Below, one piece after another: positions 1 to 9,140 of a stretch of 53,276 nt of DNA; position 1 is the stretch's first letter, and the number at the start of each line of letters is the position of its first letter. The notes beneath the pieces were generated by a model, which saw nothing but the letters and a program-made list of their open reading frames with translations, did no database searches and was not told the origin of the DNA. Made by a program: the position numbers and the translations under genes. Source of the stretch: a virus. Its lineage: Duplodnaviria > Caudoviricetes. The DNA is taken from positions 1 through 53,276 of the IMG/VR virus record IMGVR_UViG_3300020477_000035; one strand, written 5' to 3'.

Positions 1-268
1 CAGGTTCATCAGCTCTAGCTATACGTTTCTCGTCTGCCTCCAGCCCGTACCTTGTTCTTATCATTGTATCTAAACGTAAAATATCCGTTTGTAATACTCT
101 GATCCTATCTATTAACTGAACTAATATGTCTGTCTGATACCCGATTTTGCCAGTCATAGAATCTTGTAACCATTTCACAATCTTCCAGAAACCCCATCCA
201 ACCAATAACAAACCTACGATTGGCACCCCTAACTTTTCGATCAGGTCAGCGGTTTCGTTAAGTTCCAT
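1..268 (-). CDS. Small single-pass membrane protein (3' end runs off the window); not in ORF track
   Basis: Manual translation from ATG at 268: MELNETADLIEKLGVPIVGLLLVGWGFWKIVKWLQDSMTGKIGYQTDILVQLIDRIRVLQTDILRLDTMIRTRYGLEADEKRIARADEP..., open to base 1. One hydrophobic segment followed by an amphipathic helix; AGGTGG SD-like motif and TATAAATA directly upstream. Confidence 0.8.
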   Translation of the reverse strand, partial: MELNETADLIEKLGVPIVGLLLVGWGFWKIVKWLQDSMTGKIGYQTDILVQLIDRIRVLQTDILRLDTMIRTRYGLEADEKRIARADEP

Positions 269-283
269 GTTACCACCTATTTT

Positions 284-291
284 TATTTATA
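284..291 (-). promoter_or_regulatory. T4-type late promoter TATAAATA
   Basis: Exact consensus on minus strand just after the terminator and upstream of the ATG at 268. Confidence 0.75.
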
Positions 292-292
292 T

Positions 293-337
293 GAAAAAAA
301 TAAAAGGGGACTGAGGACAAGGCCTCAATCCCCTTTT
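293..337 (-). terminator. Rho-independent terminator ending the fibre gene block
   Basis: Minus strand AAAAGGGGA-T-TGAGG-ccttgt-CCTCA-G-TCCCCTTTT (stem with one G-U pair) followed by ATTTTTTTT, about 45 nt after the stop of 381..1601. Confidence 0.85.
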
Positions 338-380
338 GGTAAAACTTTAAACTACTATGTCGGCATTTCTAAAAACTAAT

Positions 381-1601
381 TTAGAAAGTACCACCATCAA
401 CAGAATCAGACCATTCCGGAGCTCCACCAGAACTAACAGATAATTTCTGGCCAGCAGAACCAATCGTTAATACTGTCATATCAGCTGTATTAGCACCAAC
501 CAAAATTGCATTAGCAGCAACAGATTGGAGGCCAGTACCACCAAGTTCGACAGGCGTTTCAGAAGCAACAGACCATGTTCCGTTGTTTACAGAAGCAACA
601 CCAGTAGAACCAGAAGTGTCGATACCGAAACCACCACGAGCAGCGTCGATAATATCACCATTCCATGTACCAGCAGAGATTGTACCTAAACCAGTAATGT
701 GAGGTTGAGATGCTGTTTTTAATGTACCATCAATTTCACCGAAAGCAGCATTACCAAGATCACCACTTATTACTTCACCATTATTAGATGCATCTTCAAT
801 AAACTTGAATTTTTTATCATCATCATCCATACCCATCCAAGAGAATTTTGCAGCTGCACCATATTTCATTGCGACACCACGATCTTTACTATCAGCTAAG
901 TTAGCACCTAATGTAAAGATTGGATCAGCAACTGTAACAACAGTTGAGTCAACTGTTGTGGTTGTACCATTAACAGTCAAGTTACCAGTAATAGTAACAT
1001 CATCAGGCAAACCGATTGTTACAGCAGCTTGCTCAACACCATTAGCAGATACTTCAATTTCATTAGCTGTACCTGTAATCGTAGAAATGTAGTTACCAGT
1101 TGTGTCTGTACCCAACTGAACAGAGTTAGCTGCAACACTATTAACAGTTGTAACACCATCTTTATCCATAGTAACGTCGCCACTTAGGCCTTTATCATCC
1201 CAACTATCAACGCCATCCCAAACCAATACATGACCAGCAGATTGTGTTCCACTAATATTTGTATCACCTGCTTGAGAAATTGGATTCTGGTTAGCTGTTA
1301 TTGAATTTTGCACATATGCAGTTGTTGCCAACTGAGTTGTGCTTGTACCATTAGCTGCTGTAGGAGCAGTTGGTACACCAGTCAATGCTGTATTAGTAAG
1401 AATAGTAGAAATATAATCAGAACCAGCTGTACCACCAATTATTCGCGTAACTGCACCAGCTGCTGTCATATCACCAATATAAAGTATACCATCTCCACCA
1501 CCTGTACCATGATCCACCCATGCCAATTCACCTTTTGCTAAATCAGCTGCGCCTGGAGCTACATTACCAGCAGATCGTTTTATTTGTATTGTATTAGCCA
1601 T
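381..1601 (-). CDS. Tail fibre-like structural protein (N-term MANTIQIKRS, C-term DGGTF)
   Basis: ALTGVPTAPTAANGTSTTQLATTAYV fibre motif, GNLTVNGTTTTVDST beta-repeat, Gly/Thr/Ser-rich; AAGGA SD upstream. Confidence 0.8.
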   Translation of the reverse strand: MANTIQIKRSAGNVAPGAADLAKGELAWVDHGTGGGDGILYIGDMTAAGAVTRIIGGTAGSDYISTILTNTALTGVPTAPTAANGTSTTQLATTAYVQNSITANQNPISQAGDTNISGTQSAGHVLVWDGVDSWDDKGLSGDVTMDKDGVTTVNSVAANSVQLGTDTTGNYISTITGTANEIEVSANGVEQAAVTIGLPDDVTITGNLTVNGTTTTVDSTVVTVADPIFTLGANLADSKDRGVAMKYGAAAKFSWMGMDDDDKKFKFIEDASNNGEVISGDLGNAAFGEIDGTLKTASQPHITGLGTISAGTWNGDIIDAARGGFGIDTSGSTGVASVNNGTWSVASETPVELGGTGLQSVAANAILVGANTADMTVLTIGSAGQKLSVSSGGAPEWSDSVDGGTF

Positions 1602-1720
1602 TTATTTTTTCCTTATAAATGTTTTTGTTAGGTTTATCAATTATAACATTGTGTTCATCATTCATATATATCTCATTTCCTACAAGTTCATTGTATCGGT
1701 TAAACCCACCAAGAAATCTT

Positions 1721-1942
1721 TTAAAATACTCCACCATCATTATCGTTAATAACTTCTATATCTATCGGTTTAAATTCGCCAGTTGCGGCATCAAAAACTA
1801 AAACGTCATTGTCGTTTAATCCAGCTTTATTAACATCGGATAAATCTACCAATGGAGGTGTTTCACCTACTATACCTCCGGCCTGTGTTGCGGCTGGAGA
1901 AAATACTGGATTACCACTATTAAAATTAACTTGTATTGCCAT
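1721..1942 (-). CDS. Small virion/fibre-associated protein ending DGGVF
   Basis: 73 aa; LVDLSDV...NDVLVFDAATGEFKP fibre-knob-like motif; start overlaps the stop of the upstream gene. Confidence 0.75.
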   Translation of the reverse strand: MAIQVNFNSGNPVFSPAATQAGGIVGETPPLVDLSDVNKAGLNDNDVLVFDAATGEFKPIDIEVINDNDGGVF

Positions 1943-2547
1943 TAGATTACTGTTACCTCCGGTCTAATTGTTATGATACCATCAATAACTCTTTCTACTG
2001 GTTGTGCAACAAAATTAATACCACCAGCTGTAACTGTTATAGCAGTTACTACACCATCTGTTATTGTTGCTGTTGCTGTTGCACCAGAACCTCGTACATC
2101 ACCAGCAGGAATATTTGGTCTATCATCTTCAACTGTTACAGTTGGTGCTTCTGTATATCCTGAACCACCATTTGTAATTGTAATTGCTGAAATTGAACCA
2201 TCAGTAGCTACTGTTGCTACTGCTTTAGCACCACTACCATCCCCTGCAATAGTAATCTTTGATCCTCTTCTATCGGTCAACTCAACATCATAAACCCATT
2301 TTCCAAATTTAAGTGAAGATGTTTGGGCTGCTGTTAGATACATTTGAATATTTCCTTGAGTAGCATCTACAACTTTAATTCTAAAATCTGCTTTTGTACT
2401 AACAGACTTATAATGCCTTTTTATTTGACTGGCAAGAGTATGATCTGTTATATTTCGATTCGTACTACCATCACCAGATTTTAAATTAAAATCGGCCCAC
2501 CAATTTTCACCAGCATTTAAATCTTGATTCCATTTTGTTGAAGCCAT
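1942..2547 (-). CDS. Conserved T4-like phage structural protein with inserted Gly-rich beta repeat
   Basis: Core motifs ASQIKRHY...GNIQMYLTAAQTSSLKFGKWVYDVEL...RVIDGIITIRPEVT resemble a small conserved myophage virion protein; interrupted by GSGAKAVATV..AITITNGGSGYTEAPTVTV repeats. Confidence 0.75.
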   Translation of the reverse strand: MASTKWNQDLNAGENWWADFNLKSGDGSTNRNITDHTLASQIKRHYKSVSTKADFRIKVVDATQGNIQMYLTAAQTSSLKFGKWVYDVELTDRRGSKITIAGDGSGAKAVATVATDGSISAITITNGGSGYTEAPTVTVEDDRPNIPAGDVRGSGATATATITDGVVTAITVTAGGINFVAQPVERVIDGIITIRPEVTVI

Positions 2548-2551
2548 ATTA

Positions 2552-3100
2552 TTATCCTAATGCGATTGCCATTGTTACTGCTGTTGGATCAGTCTCCGTT
2601 AAAGTTGGTGCTGTTGACATTGTTGTTCCATCACCAAAAGTAATTTGTTTTCCTGACATAATATGAATACCATCACCTTTGATTTGTATAACAGCATTAC
2701 TAGAACCAGCTTCTTGAACATGAATTTCTACAATACCATCTTCAGTAGAAGCAGTAGCATCTGCTATCTTACCTACGATTTTAGCAAAAACAACTTTATC
2801 ACTTCCATCATTTTCTCCATGAAATTTTATATCTCCAATAGCATCGGAGTCAAATGGAGAAAACGAATTGCGATGAAGATGTAAAGTAGGCCCTTCTGTA
2901 GCACTAGTATCTGTTGATACTAATTCTAATTCAGTCTTACCAACAATAGCATCTGATACTGTAACAATCGAATCATCTGATTTTCTTGTATATAATTTTT
3001 GATCTGCGATGTTCATGCAAATCTCACCTACTGCTATATCACTAGTAGTAGGAACAGTATTAGTTGTTTCGCTTCTTTTTATTTTTATAATATTCGCCAT
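2552..3100 (-). CDS. Short fibre/adaptor protein (N-term IKIKRS, C-term DPTAVTMAIALG)
   Basis: N-terminus similar to 381..1601; last 12 aa identical to those of 9141..13019. Confidence 0.75.
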   Translation of the reverse strand: MANIIKIKRSETTNTVPTTSDIAVGEICMNIADQKLYTRKSDDSIVTVSDAIVGKTELELVSTDTSATEGPTLHLHRNSFSPFDSDAIGDIKFHGENDGSDKVVFAKIVGKIADATASTEDGIVEIHVQEAGSSNAVIQIKGDGIHIMSGKQITFGDGTTMSTAPTLTETDPTAVTMAIALG

Positions 3101-3124
3101 AAAAAAATCATGTTATTTAGATAA

Positions 3125-3457
3125 TTACATCCAGCTTGGTTGATAATCACGATTAATATGATCCTCAGTACAAATGTATTTATCTAAAGCAGGTTTATAT
3201 TTATTATAGAACTCCTCAGTACATTTCAAGTTCATAAAGAATCCGTGATAATATTTTTTATGTGCTATGATGTGTCCTCTTGCGTGAAATCTAGCTGGAA
3301 TTTTTATCAGCTTGCCAAAAGGATTTATATCATATTCTTCATTAGCTATACACCATCTCAGTTTTTTAGTATCAACATCTTTTTCAGTCATAAATTGGAG
3401 TTGATCTAACATATCAAGCTCGCCTTTCAATCCTCTCAATAAAAACTCTTTCCTCAT
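3125..3457 (-). CDS. Hypothetical protein
   Basis: 110-aa ORF, AGGAG SD and TATAAATA upstream; no recognisable family. Confidence 0.7.
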   Translation of the reverse strand: MRKEFLLRGLKGELDMLDQLQFMTEKDVDTKKLRWCIANEEYDINPFGKLIKIPARFHARGHIIAHKKYYHGFFMNLKCTEEFYNKYKPALDKYICTEDHINRDYQPSWM

Positions 3458-3478
3458 TGCTATCTCCTAAGCTTGTAT

Positions 3479-3486
3479 TATTTATA
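3479..3486 (-). promoter_or_regulatory. T4-type late promoter TATAAATA
   Basis: Exact consensus in the intergenic gap upstream of 3125..3457. Confidence 0.75.
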
Positions 3487-3491
3487 AATTA

Positions 3492-3818
3492 TTAACCGTT
3501 ATGGTATGTATGCCAAGCGTCCATAGATGCTTCAACATCTTCATTTGTCATTTCTTCCATGGATTCGCCAGGTGTGCCAGGTGTAGGGGGTTTTTGCATA
3601 GGATATTTAGCATGGATAGCAAGTTGACGAGCTTTAGCTTCTGCTAATGTTAAATAAACCAATGTATCAGGAAGATAATATTCAGCAGGATCATCAACAA
3701 AACCTAACATTGTATAATCGTCAGGATTACGATAATATCCACCATTTTGAATAAATCCAGGTGTTACCATACCTTTGCCATTTGGATTTCCGTGGAGTTT
3801 ATATTCTACAATTTTCAT
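3492..3818 (-). CDS. Hypothetical protein adjacent to the propeller array
   Basis: 108-aa ORF with AAGGA SD and late promoter upstream. Confidence 0.75.
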   Translation of the reverse strand: MKIVEYKLHGNPNGKGMVTPGFIQNGGYYRNPDDYTMLGFVDDPAEYYLPDTLVYLTLAEAKARQLAIHAKYPMQKPPTPGTPGESMEEMTNEDVEASMDAWHTYHNG

Positions 3819-3841
3819 GTTTTAATTCCTTTTTAAAAAGT

Positions 3842-3882
3842 TATTGTTATTATTATTTATACGACTCAAGAACTACTATTTA
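3842..3882 (-). repeat. 41-bp direct repeat copy A containing late promoter TATAAATA (3854..3861)
   Basis: tattgttattattatttatacgactcaagaactactattta; one mismatch to 13050..13090. Confidence 0.9.
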
Positions 3883-3885
3883 ATA

Positions 3886-3909
3886 TTTTATTTATTGTTT
3901 GATGATTTA
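3886..3909 (-). repeat. Propeller-array intergenic spacer copy 1 (truncated, lacks SD)
   Basis: Minus strand TAAATCATCAAACAATAAATAAAA, beginning at the stop codon of 3907..5391. Confidence 0.85.
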
Positions 3910-5391
3910 TACTTGATTACCAGTTCCAGCATACGGAGAATTTGCCAAATCAGCCGAATCTGTTGCATTGCCATCACTGCTGTAACTAAATCTTTGTATC
4001 TGATTATACCACACATTTTCTGGTTGATTCCTTCCACCACAAGAATAACCATGATTTGTTCCTGATACACCCGATGCTCCATGATTTACAGGTGATAAGT
4101 CGCCTACATCCGTAGCGTTTCCATCTGTCGCATAAGAAAACTTATCAATAACACCACCAGCATAAGGCGATGCCCAACCACCCATAGTATAACCATGCGT
4201 TGTTGAATTACAAGTAGATTTATATGGAAGTCTGGCTGCTGTTAAATCGCCTACATCCGTGGCGTTTGCACTTGAAGCAAAAGGAAACTTGTCGATTGTA
4301 TTTACAACAGCACTTGGGATATTTTGTCCACCATGCCTATATCCATGAGTTGCTGATGACGAACCATCCACATATGCTGAAACCTGCGTAAGATCAGCAG
4401 TAGTATCAGTAGCATTTCCATCTGATGCAAATGAAAACTTTTGAATTGTATCAAGGTTATTACCTGTTGACCCTGAAGTAGTTCCACCAAATACATATCC
4501 ATGAGTTGTTGATTCTCCACCAGCTGCAGCATGAAGTCCTACGGCTAAAGTTCCAACACTTGTACTATTATTTGTTGTGCCAAACTGAAATTTATCAATC
4601 GTATTGTCGTTCTGTGACGAACCAGAACAATAACCATGCGTACGAGATGAAGCACCAGCTGGATAAGTTCTTATAGTTGTTAAATTAGAAACATCCGTAG
4701 CATTTGTTTCTGTAGCAAACGGAAAATGTTGATTCTGGTCAGAATGTGGAGGGCCACTACTTACTCTACCACCAGAAACCCAACCAGTTGTAGCTCCTTG
4801 ACTCTGTAGGATTGGTTGAACATCACCACTACCAGCTCCTACATTAAACCAAACATTGGCGTCTGTTGTAGCGTCAGTACAAACAAACATTTCTCCTGTA
4901 GTAGTATTAATCCATGTTGTGCCAACACCATTAGCATGATTTGTATTTTCTGCTGGATTAGAAGCACTCTTTACGTTAATTCCACTAGGCATATTAGTCA
5001 AAGCAGAACCATCAAGTGCAGGTAACGCACCACTAAGTTTACTTGATGATATAGTTCCACCAATTTTAGCTTCTGTTAAAGTTAAACCACCAACAAGATG
5101 TGAAGCAACAACACTATTATCTGCTGGCTCCAGAATTTCAGTTTCAGTTCCACTTAACGCAACTACATTCAATCCTGTTTCTGGAGCTGTCGTAAATGTA
5201 ACAACTTTACCAGATAATGTATATTCTACACCTGGCGTCTGTAATACACCATCCATATATATTTCAACATTATTTTGTGTACCAGGATCTCTTGATAATG
5301 TTAGTGTAGTCGTAGAACCATCACCCGTCATGGTATCCTTTGCTCTACTGTAGGACATTATCCCTACTACGTCTTTACCTAAATATGCCAT
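3907..5391 (-). CDS. Putative receptor-binding/fibre protein: MAYLG N-domain, shared adaptor, 6-blade Kelch-like propeller
   Basis: Six ~45-aa repeats IDKF.F.SD.NATDVGDL...G.SS.THGY..GG; adaptor motif CTDATTDANVW.NVG. Confidence 0.8.
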   Translation of the reverse strand: MAYLGKDVVGIMSYSRAKDTMTGDGSTTTLTLSRDPGTQNNVEIYMDGVLQTPGVEYTLSGKVVTFTTAPETGLNVVALSGTETEILEPADNSVVASHLVGGLTLTEAKIGGTISSSKLSGALPALDGSALTNMPSGINVKSASNPAENTNHANGVGTTWINTTTGEMFVCTDATTDANVWFNVGAGSGDVQPILQSQGATTGWVSGGRVSSGPPHSDQNQHFPFATETNATDVSNLTTIRTYPAGASSRTHGYCSGSSQNDNTIDKFQFGTTNNSTSVGTLAVGLHAAAGGESTTHGYVFGGTTSGSTGNNLDTIQKFSFASDGNATDTTADLTQVSAYVDGSSSATHGYRHGGQNIPSAVVNTIDKFPFASSANATDVGDLTAARLPYKSTCNSTTHGYTMGGWASPYAGGVIDKFSYATDGNATDVGDLSPVNHGASGVSGTNHGYSCGGRNQPENVWYNQIQRFSYSSDGNATDSADLANSPYAGTGNQV

Positions 5392-5427
5392 GTTAAATCC
5401 TTTTTTTATTTATTGTTTGATGGTTTA
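5392..5427 (-). repeat. Propeller-array intergenic spacer copy 2
   Basis: TAAACCATCAAACAATAAATAAAAAAAGGATTTAAC then ATG; differs from 14551..14585 by one A. Confidence 0.9.
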
Positions 5428-6564
5428 TGTTTGTTGTCCAGCATTATATCTACAAGCTACTGTTAAATCGCCTACATCAACAGCGCTTCCATCTGATGAA
5501 AAACTCCACCGATCAATAGTATTTGTATTACCACCACTATAACCTCCAGCACCGTAACCATGAGTTGTTGATGATGAACCTCCATTCATTTGTCCACTTC
5601 TTGTTAAATTACCTATATTTGTTCCAGTAGTATTTGATGCAAAAGAATATTTATCAATCATTTGATAGTTTATATATCCTCCAGCATGATAGCCATGTGT
5701 GGTTGAAGAACAACCAAATGATAATCCACGAGCAGTTGAAACATCGCCATGGTCTGTAGCGTTATCATCTGAAGCATAAGTAAATTTATCAATCGTATTT
5801 TTATGTCCACCTGAATAACCACCATTAGTAAAACCATGAGTTTCGCTTTGTGATGAAGAAACATAATATCTTGCTTCTGTAAGATCACCAACATCTGTAC
5901 CCGTAGCTTCCGTAGAAATATTAAATTTTTGTATCTGGTTAGTTTGTGCAGAAGCTCCGGCACCATGACCACCAGAAACGTAACCATGTGTATCACCACC
6001 ACTACCACAACAAGCATTTATTTCTGTGTGCATATCACAAATATTAGAACCATCACCATCTGAAGCAAAACTAAATTTATCAACTCGTTTTAAATAAACA
6101 TTTGGTGCTTTAACTCCACAAGCTATATAACCATGAGTCTTACCTGATATACCGGCAGCATTTTCATAATCATCCGATAAATCACCTACGTCCGTTGCGT
6201 TTGCAGTTGCTGTAACAAGACTGAATTTATCTATTGTTCTTGTACGACCAATACCACCAGAAGCATAACCAGAAATAGTACCTTGATAAACATATAGTTC
6301 AGGTATCTGTCCTTCTCCAGCTCCTACGTTAGTCCAAACATTACTGCCTGTCGTAGCGTCGGTACAAGAATAAACATTTCCTGAAGTAGTATTGACCCAG
6401 ATTGTTCCTAATGATTTATTACTATCAATAGCAGGATCAACAGCAGATTTTGTGGCTGAAGAAACATTAGTTAATGCTGAACCATCAAGTGCAGGTAAAG
6501 CTCCAGTTAATTTACTGGAAGATAAACTATCTATCATAGTTTTTGAAACTTTTTGTATGCTCAT
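5425..6564 (-). CDS. Putative receptor-binding protein: adaptor plus Kelch-like propeller
   Basis: SSKLTGALPALDGSALT plus CTDATTGSNVWTNVG adaptor; six THGY..GG repeats. Confidence 0.8.
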   Translation of the reverse strand: MSIQKVSKTMIDSLSSSKLTGALPALDGSALTNVSSATKSAVDPAIDSNKSLGTIWVNTTSGNVYSCTDATTGSNVWTNVGAGEGQIPELYVYQGTISGYASGGIGRTRTIDKFSLVTATANATDVGDLSDDYENAAGISGKTHGYIACGVKAPNVYLKRVDKFSFASDGDGSNICDMHTEINACCGSGGDTHGYVSGGHGAGASAQTNQIQKFNISTEATGTDVGDLTEARYYVSSSQSETHGFTNGGYSGGHKNTIDKFTYASDDNATDHGDVSTARGLSFGCSSTTHGYHAGGYINYQMIDKYSFASNTTGTNIGNLTRSGQMNGGSSSTTHGYGAGGYSGGNTNTIDRWSFSSDGSAVDVGDLTVACRYNAGQQT

Positions 6565-6569
6565 TCTTT

Positions 6570-6599
6570 ATCCTTTTTTATTTATTATTTGATGATTTA
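6570..6599 (-). repeat. Propeller-array intergenic spacer copy 3
   Basis: TAAATCATCAAATAATAAATAAAAAAGGAT upstream of the ATG at 6564. Confidence 0.85.
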
Positions 6600-6685
6600 T
6601 GTTCTACGATTGCTCCGAAAGATCGTACAACCAACTCAGTTGATTTTTCTTCCGCACTTTTTTCATTTACAACTTCTTCACTCAT
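6578..6685 (-). pseudogene. Truncated remnant resembling the N-terminus of the coiled-coil gene 16056..16904
   Basis: Manual translation MSEEVVNEKSAEEKSTELVVRSFGAIVEHKSSNNK*, with AGGAG SD; compare MSEEKSESKDLVVKTF. It reads straight into spacer copy 3. Confidence 0.6.
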
Positions 6686-6741
6686 AAACTTCTCCTATAT
6701 AAAATATTAAATATTACAATATATATACTGCTTGTTTTTCC

Positions 6742-7905
6742 TTAGACTTGATGTCCTGAAGCACCAACTTTACCTGCTGATAAATCACCATGATCGGTAG
6801 CATTTCCATCTGAACTAAAATCAAGTTTATCAATCTGATTTTTATGTCCATTACCACCACTTACAAATCCATGTGTAGTTGAGCTTGATCCGGCTCCGTC
6901 ATATCTCGCAACAGTTAAATCACCAACGGTACTGGCTGTTGTGTTTGAAGAAATTTGAAATTTCTCTATAACCGCAGAATCACTACTAATATATCCACCA
7001 CAAACATAACCATGTGTAGTAGATGTGCAACCAGTTGGATTATGTCTTGCTTTTCCTGACTGTAAATTCCCATGTGATGAAGCTGTTGTGTTTGATGCAA
7101 AAGAAAATTTTGAAATCCATAATTGGTTCGACCCATTTGAAGGACTGATACCACCAGCAATAAAACCATCAGTTGTACTAGAATGTTCAGAAGCATGATA
7201 TTGTATATTTTCTAAATCACCATGACCAGAGGAAGTAGTGTTTGCAGAATAAGCATATTTATCAATCGGTGTGGCCATAGGATAAGCACCATTACCTGAA
7301 ACATAACCATGTGTACCAGTTGAATGACCAGAAGCTCCTTGATTTGCTACTCGTAAATCACCATGATCTGCTGAAGTTGTGTTTGATGAAAAAGACCATT
7401 TATCAATGGATGTTTGTTGTGACCATGAATTATTATTACCACCAGCTGTAAAACCATCAGTTGCAGATGAACTTCCCATTGATATTTGTCTTGCTTCTGA
7501 TAAATTACCATGACTTGCAGCTGTTGTGTTGGATGCAAAGGCAAACTTATCTATTACAGCAGTCCAATTACTACCAGTAAGTAATCCACCTGCATGATAA
7601 CCATGTGTAAGACCTTGAAATGTAAATGGTGCTACATCATCACTACCACCACCTACGTTAGTCCAAACATTAGCGTCTGTCGTGGCGTCGGTACAAATAA
7701 AGATTTCACCAGAGGTACTATTAACCCAAACTGTTCCAACTCCTGTTCCCGGATTTGTATCTGTTGCTGGATCATTTGCATTTGTAGTATTAACAAAACC
7801 AGTTACTCCTGTTAAAGCACTACCATCAAGAACTGGCAACGCGCCTGTTAATACACTAGATGATACTGCTTCTATTACCGGATCTGTAACTTTTTGTGTA
7901 CTCAT
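6742..7905 (-). CDS. Putative receptor-binding protein: adaptor plus Kelch-like propeller
   Basis: Adaptor ICTDATTDANVWTNVGGG; six repeats with gene-specific FASNTTA.SHG[ND]L variant. Confidence 0.8.
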   Translation of the reverse strand: MSTQKVTDPVIEAVSSSVLTGALPVLDGSALTGVTGFVNTTNANDPATDTNPGTGVGTVWVNSTSGEIFICTDATTDANVWTNVGGGSDDVAPFTFQGLTHGYHAGGLLTGSNWTAVIDKFAFASNTTAASHGNLSEARQISMGSSSATDGFTAGGNNNSWSQQTSIDKWSFSSNTTSADHGDLRVANQGASGHSTGTHGYVSGNGAYPMATPIDKYAYSANTTSSGHGDLENIQYHASEHSSTTDGFIAGGISPSNGSNQLWISKFSFASNTTASSHGNLQSGKARHNPTGCTSTTHGYVCGGYISSDSAVIEKFQISSNTTASTVGDLTVARYDGAGSSSTTHGFVSGGNGHKNQIDKLDFSSDGNATDHGDLSAGKVGASGHQV

Positions 7906-7909
7906 TGTT

Positions 7910-7939
7910 ATCCTTTTTTATTTATTGGTTGATGGTTTA
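7910..7939 (-). repeat. Propeller-array intergenic spacer copy 4
   Basis: TAAACCATCAACCAATAAATAAAAAAGGAT between 7937..9121 and 6742..7905. Confidence 0.85.
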
Positions 7940-9121
7940 GTATTGTGTTCCTGCCGTGGCCTTTCTACCAGCAGCCATATCGCCCACATCTGTAGCGTTG
8001 TTATTTGAACTGTAAGCAAACTTGTCAATAACATTTTGAAGTGATGTGTTACTTATAGTACCGCCAGAAGTATAACCATGTGTAGTTCCCGACTGCCCAG
8101 TACAATACATTCTGCCAACCGTTAAATCGCCCACATCGGTAGCGTTGTTAAGTGAAGCAAAACTAAATTTTTCAATCACGTTACTATTACCAACACCACC
8201 AGATACAAACCCATGTGTGGTTGAAGATTGGCCAGCTACTGAATCTCTATGACTAGTCATATCGCCCACATCGGAAGCGTTTGTGTCACTAGCAAAAGGG
8301 AAATAATCTATTTCGTTTCGAGCAGGGCCACCTGCCCTTCCGCCAGAAATGTAACCATGTGAAGATGATGATTGGCCAGCAGTATACTGTCTGGCAACAG
8401 TAATATCGCCCACGTTGGTAGCGTTACCATCTGTACTGGTACTAGTCTTATCTATTACATTGGAATCTCCCGGAGCAGAATCACCACCACTAGCATAAGC
8501 ATAATTACCTGATGATGCAGCTGCCATAGACGCTCTTTGAACTGATAGATCGCCTACGTCTGTGGCGTCAGTCCCTGTTGTAAAACTAAATTTATCTACT
8601 ACATTCAAATAACCACCACCACCGGGCGCAGTATTAGCATGATAACCACTCATAGTATAACCATGAGTCGCAGAGGAACATCCTGCTGTTGATTGCCGAT
8701 CATCTGTTAAGTTTGCTACATCAACACCATTAGCATCTGAGGTAAGGCTAAATTTACTTATTTGATCGGTAGGTGTACCACCCCAACCTGAACCGGGGTT
8801 TCCACCAGCATTGAACGCCCAGATAGAACCTTGAAATATAAATAACTGCACATCACCACTACCGCCACCTACATTAATCCAAACATTAGCGTCTGTCGTA
8901 GCGTCGGTGCAAATATACATAGATCCTGAAGAAGTATTCAACCATACTGCTCCGACACCTGCAGCAGGATTTGTATCTGTGGCTGGATCATTTCCACCTT
9001 TCAATACACCATCACCAACGCCTGTAAGATTTGCACCGTTAAGGGCTGGCAACGCACCATCTAACTTACTGGAACTTACCGTTCCAGTAATCATACTGTC
9101 AACAACTTTTTGTCTGCTCAT
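7937..9121 (-). CDS. Putative receptor-binding protein: adaptor plus Kelch-like propeller
   Basis: Adaptor ICTDATTDANVWINVGGG; six NATDVGD..R..GQS..HG..SGG repeats. Confidence 0.8.
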   Translation of the reverse strand: MSRQKVVDSMITGTVSSSKLDGALPALNGANLTGVGDGVLKGGNDPATDTNPAAGVGAVWLNTSSGSMYICTDATTDANVWINVGGGSGDVQLFIFQGSIWAFNAGGNPGSGWGGTPTDQISKFSLTSDANGVDVANLTDDRQSTAGCSSATHGYTMSGYHANTAPGGGGYLNVVDKFSFTTGTDATDVGDLSVQRASMAAASSGNYAYASGGDSAPGDSNVIDKTSTSTDGNATNVGDITVARQYTAGQSSSSHGYISGGRAGGPARNEIDYFPFASDTNASDVGDMTSHRDSVAGQSSTTHGFVSGGVGNSNVIEKFSFASLNNATDVGDLTVGRMYCTGQSGTTHGYTSGGTISNTSLQNVIDKFAYSSNNNATDVGDMAAGRKATAGTQY

Positions 9122-9140
9122 TCGTTATTTTCCTTTCTGA

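Noticed and set aside
1602-1720. 119-bp intergenic gap as an ncRNA or tRNA
   Set aside because: No cloverleaf or stable structure was recognisable by eye; no tRNA or rRNA was seen anywhere in the window.
6605-6627. Imperfect hairpin TACGAT..TTCG..ATCGTA inside the truncated ORF
   Set aside because: Short, bulged stem with no U-tract and a single occurrence; compatible with chance.
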